NCBI GenBank assembly: GCA_020137815.1
Contig: CM035362.1
Coordinates: forward strand, 1,736,001-1,800,000
Direction: 5' to 3'
Source of the DNA: Hormiphora californensis
Lineage: Eukaryota > Animalia > Ctenophora
Length of the DNA: 64,000 bases
The position numbers were made by a program, and so were the translations under genes. The notes beneath the pieces are model-generated. The model ran no database searches. It saw only the letters and a list, made by a program, of their open reading frames with translations, and was not told the DNA's origin. Shown piece after piece: positions 63,951 to 64,000 of this stretch (its first letter is position 1; each line of letters opens with the position of its first letter).

Positions 63951-64000
63951 CTATACTAATAGGGAGAGAGAGGAGTTAGAATGATAATGAACGAATTCAG

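Overview
Intron-rich animal genomic DNA with GT-AG introns, long (AG)n/(CT)n tracts and dense MITEs. The short repeat families resemble ones I recall from pleurobrachiid ctenophores, so that taxon assignment is an inference. Most real genes are spliced and not captured by the ORF track, so I rebuilt them by hand from phase-consistent splice junctions. Genes in order: a multi-C-type-lectin gene (-, 3' end outside the window); a calmodulin-like 4-EF-hand gene (+); a small GPI-anchored Cys-rich protein (-); an NDUFB4-like gene lying 217 bp downstream of a complete 14-exon NUP62 (both -, candidate trans-spliced operon); an MTMR9-like pseudophosphatase (+) head-to-head with NUP62; two orphan exons with cystine-knot-like Cys patterns (-); an ankyrin-repeat protein with a C-terminal RVxF motif (+); an intronless cytosolic sulfotransferase (+); a small palmitoylated transmembrane-adaptor-like protein (+); and part of a CAP-Gly gene (-). 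Intron 4 of the lectin gene holds a nested transposon stack. A TTAA piggyBac-like foldback element carries a Helitron in one arm and an intact Ty1/Copia (GalEa-like) retrotransposon with identical LTRs in the other. Regions ~12.0-12.8 kb and ~41.5-43.7 kb look like low-quality sequence.
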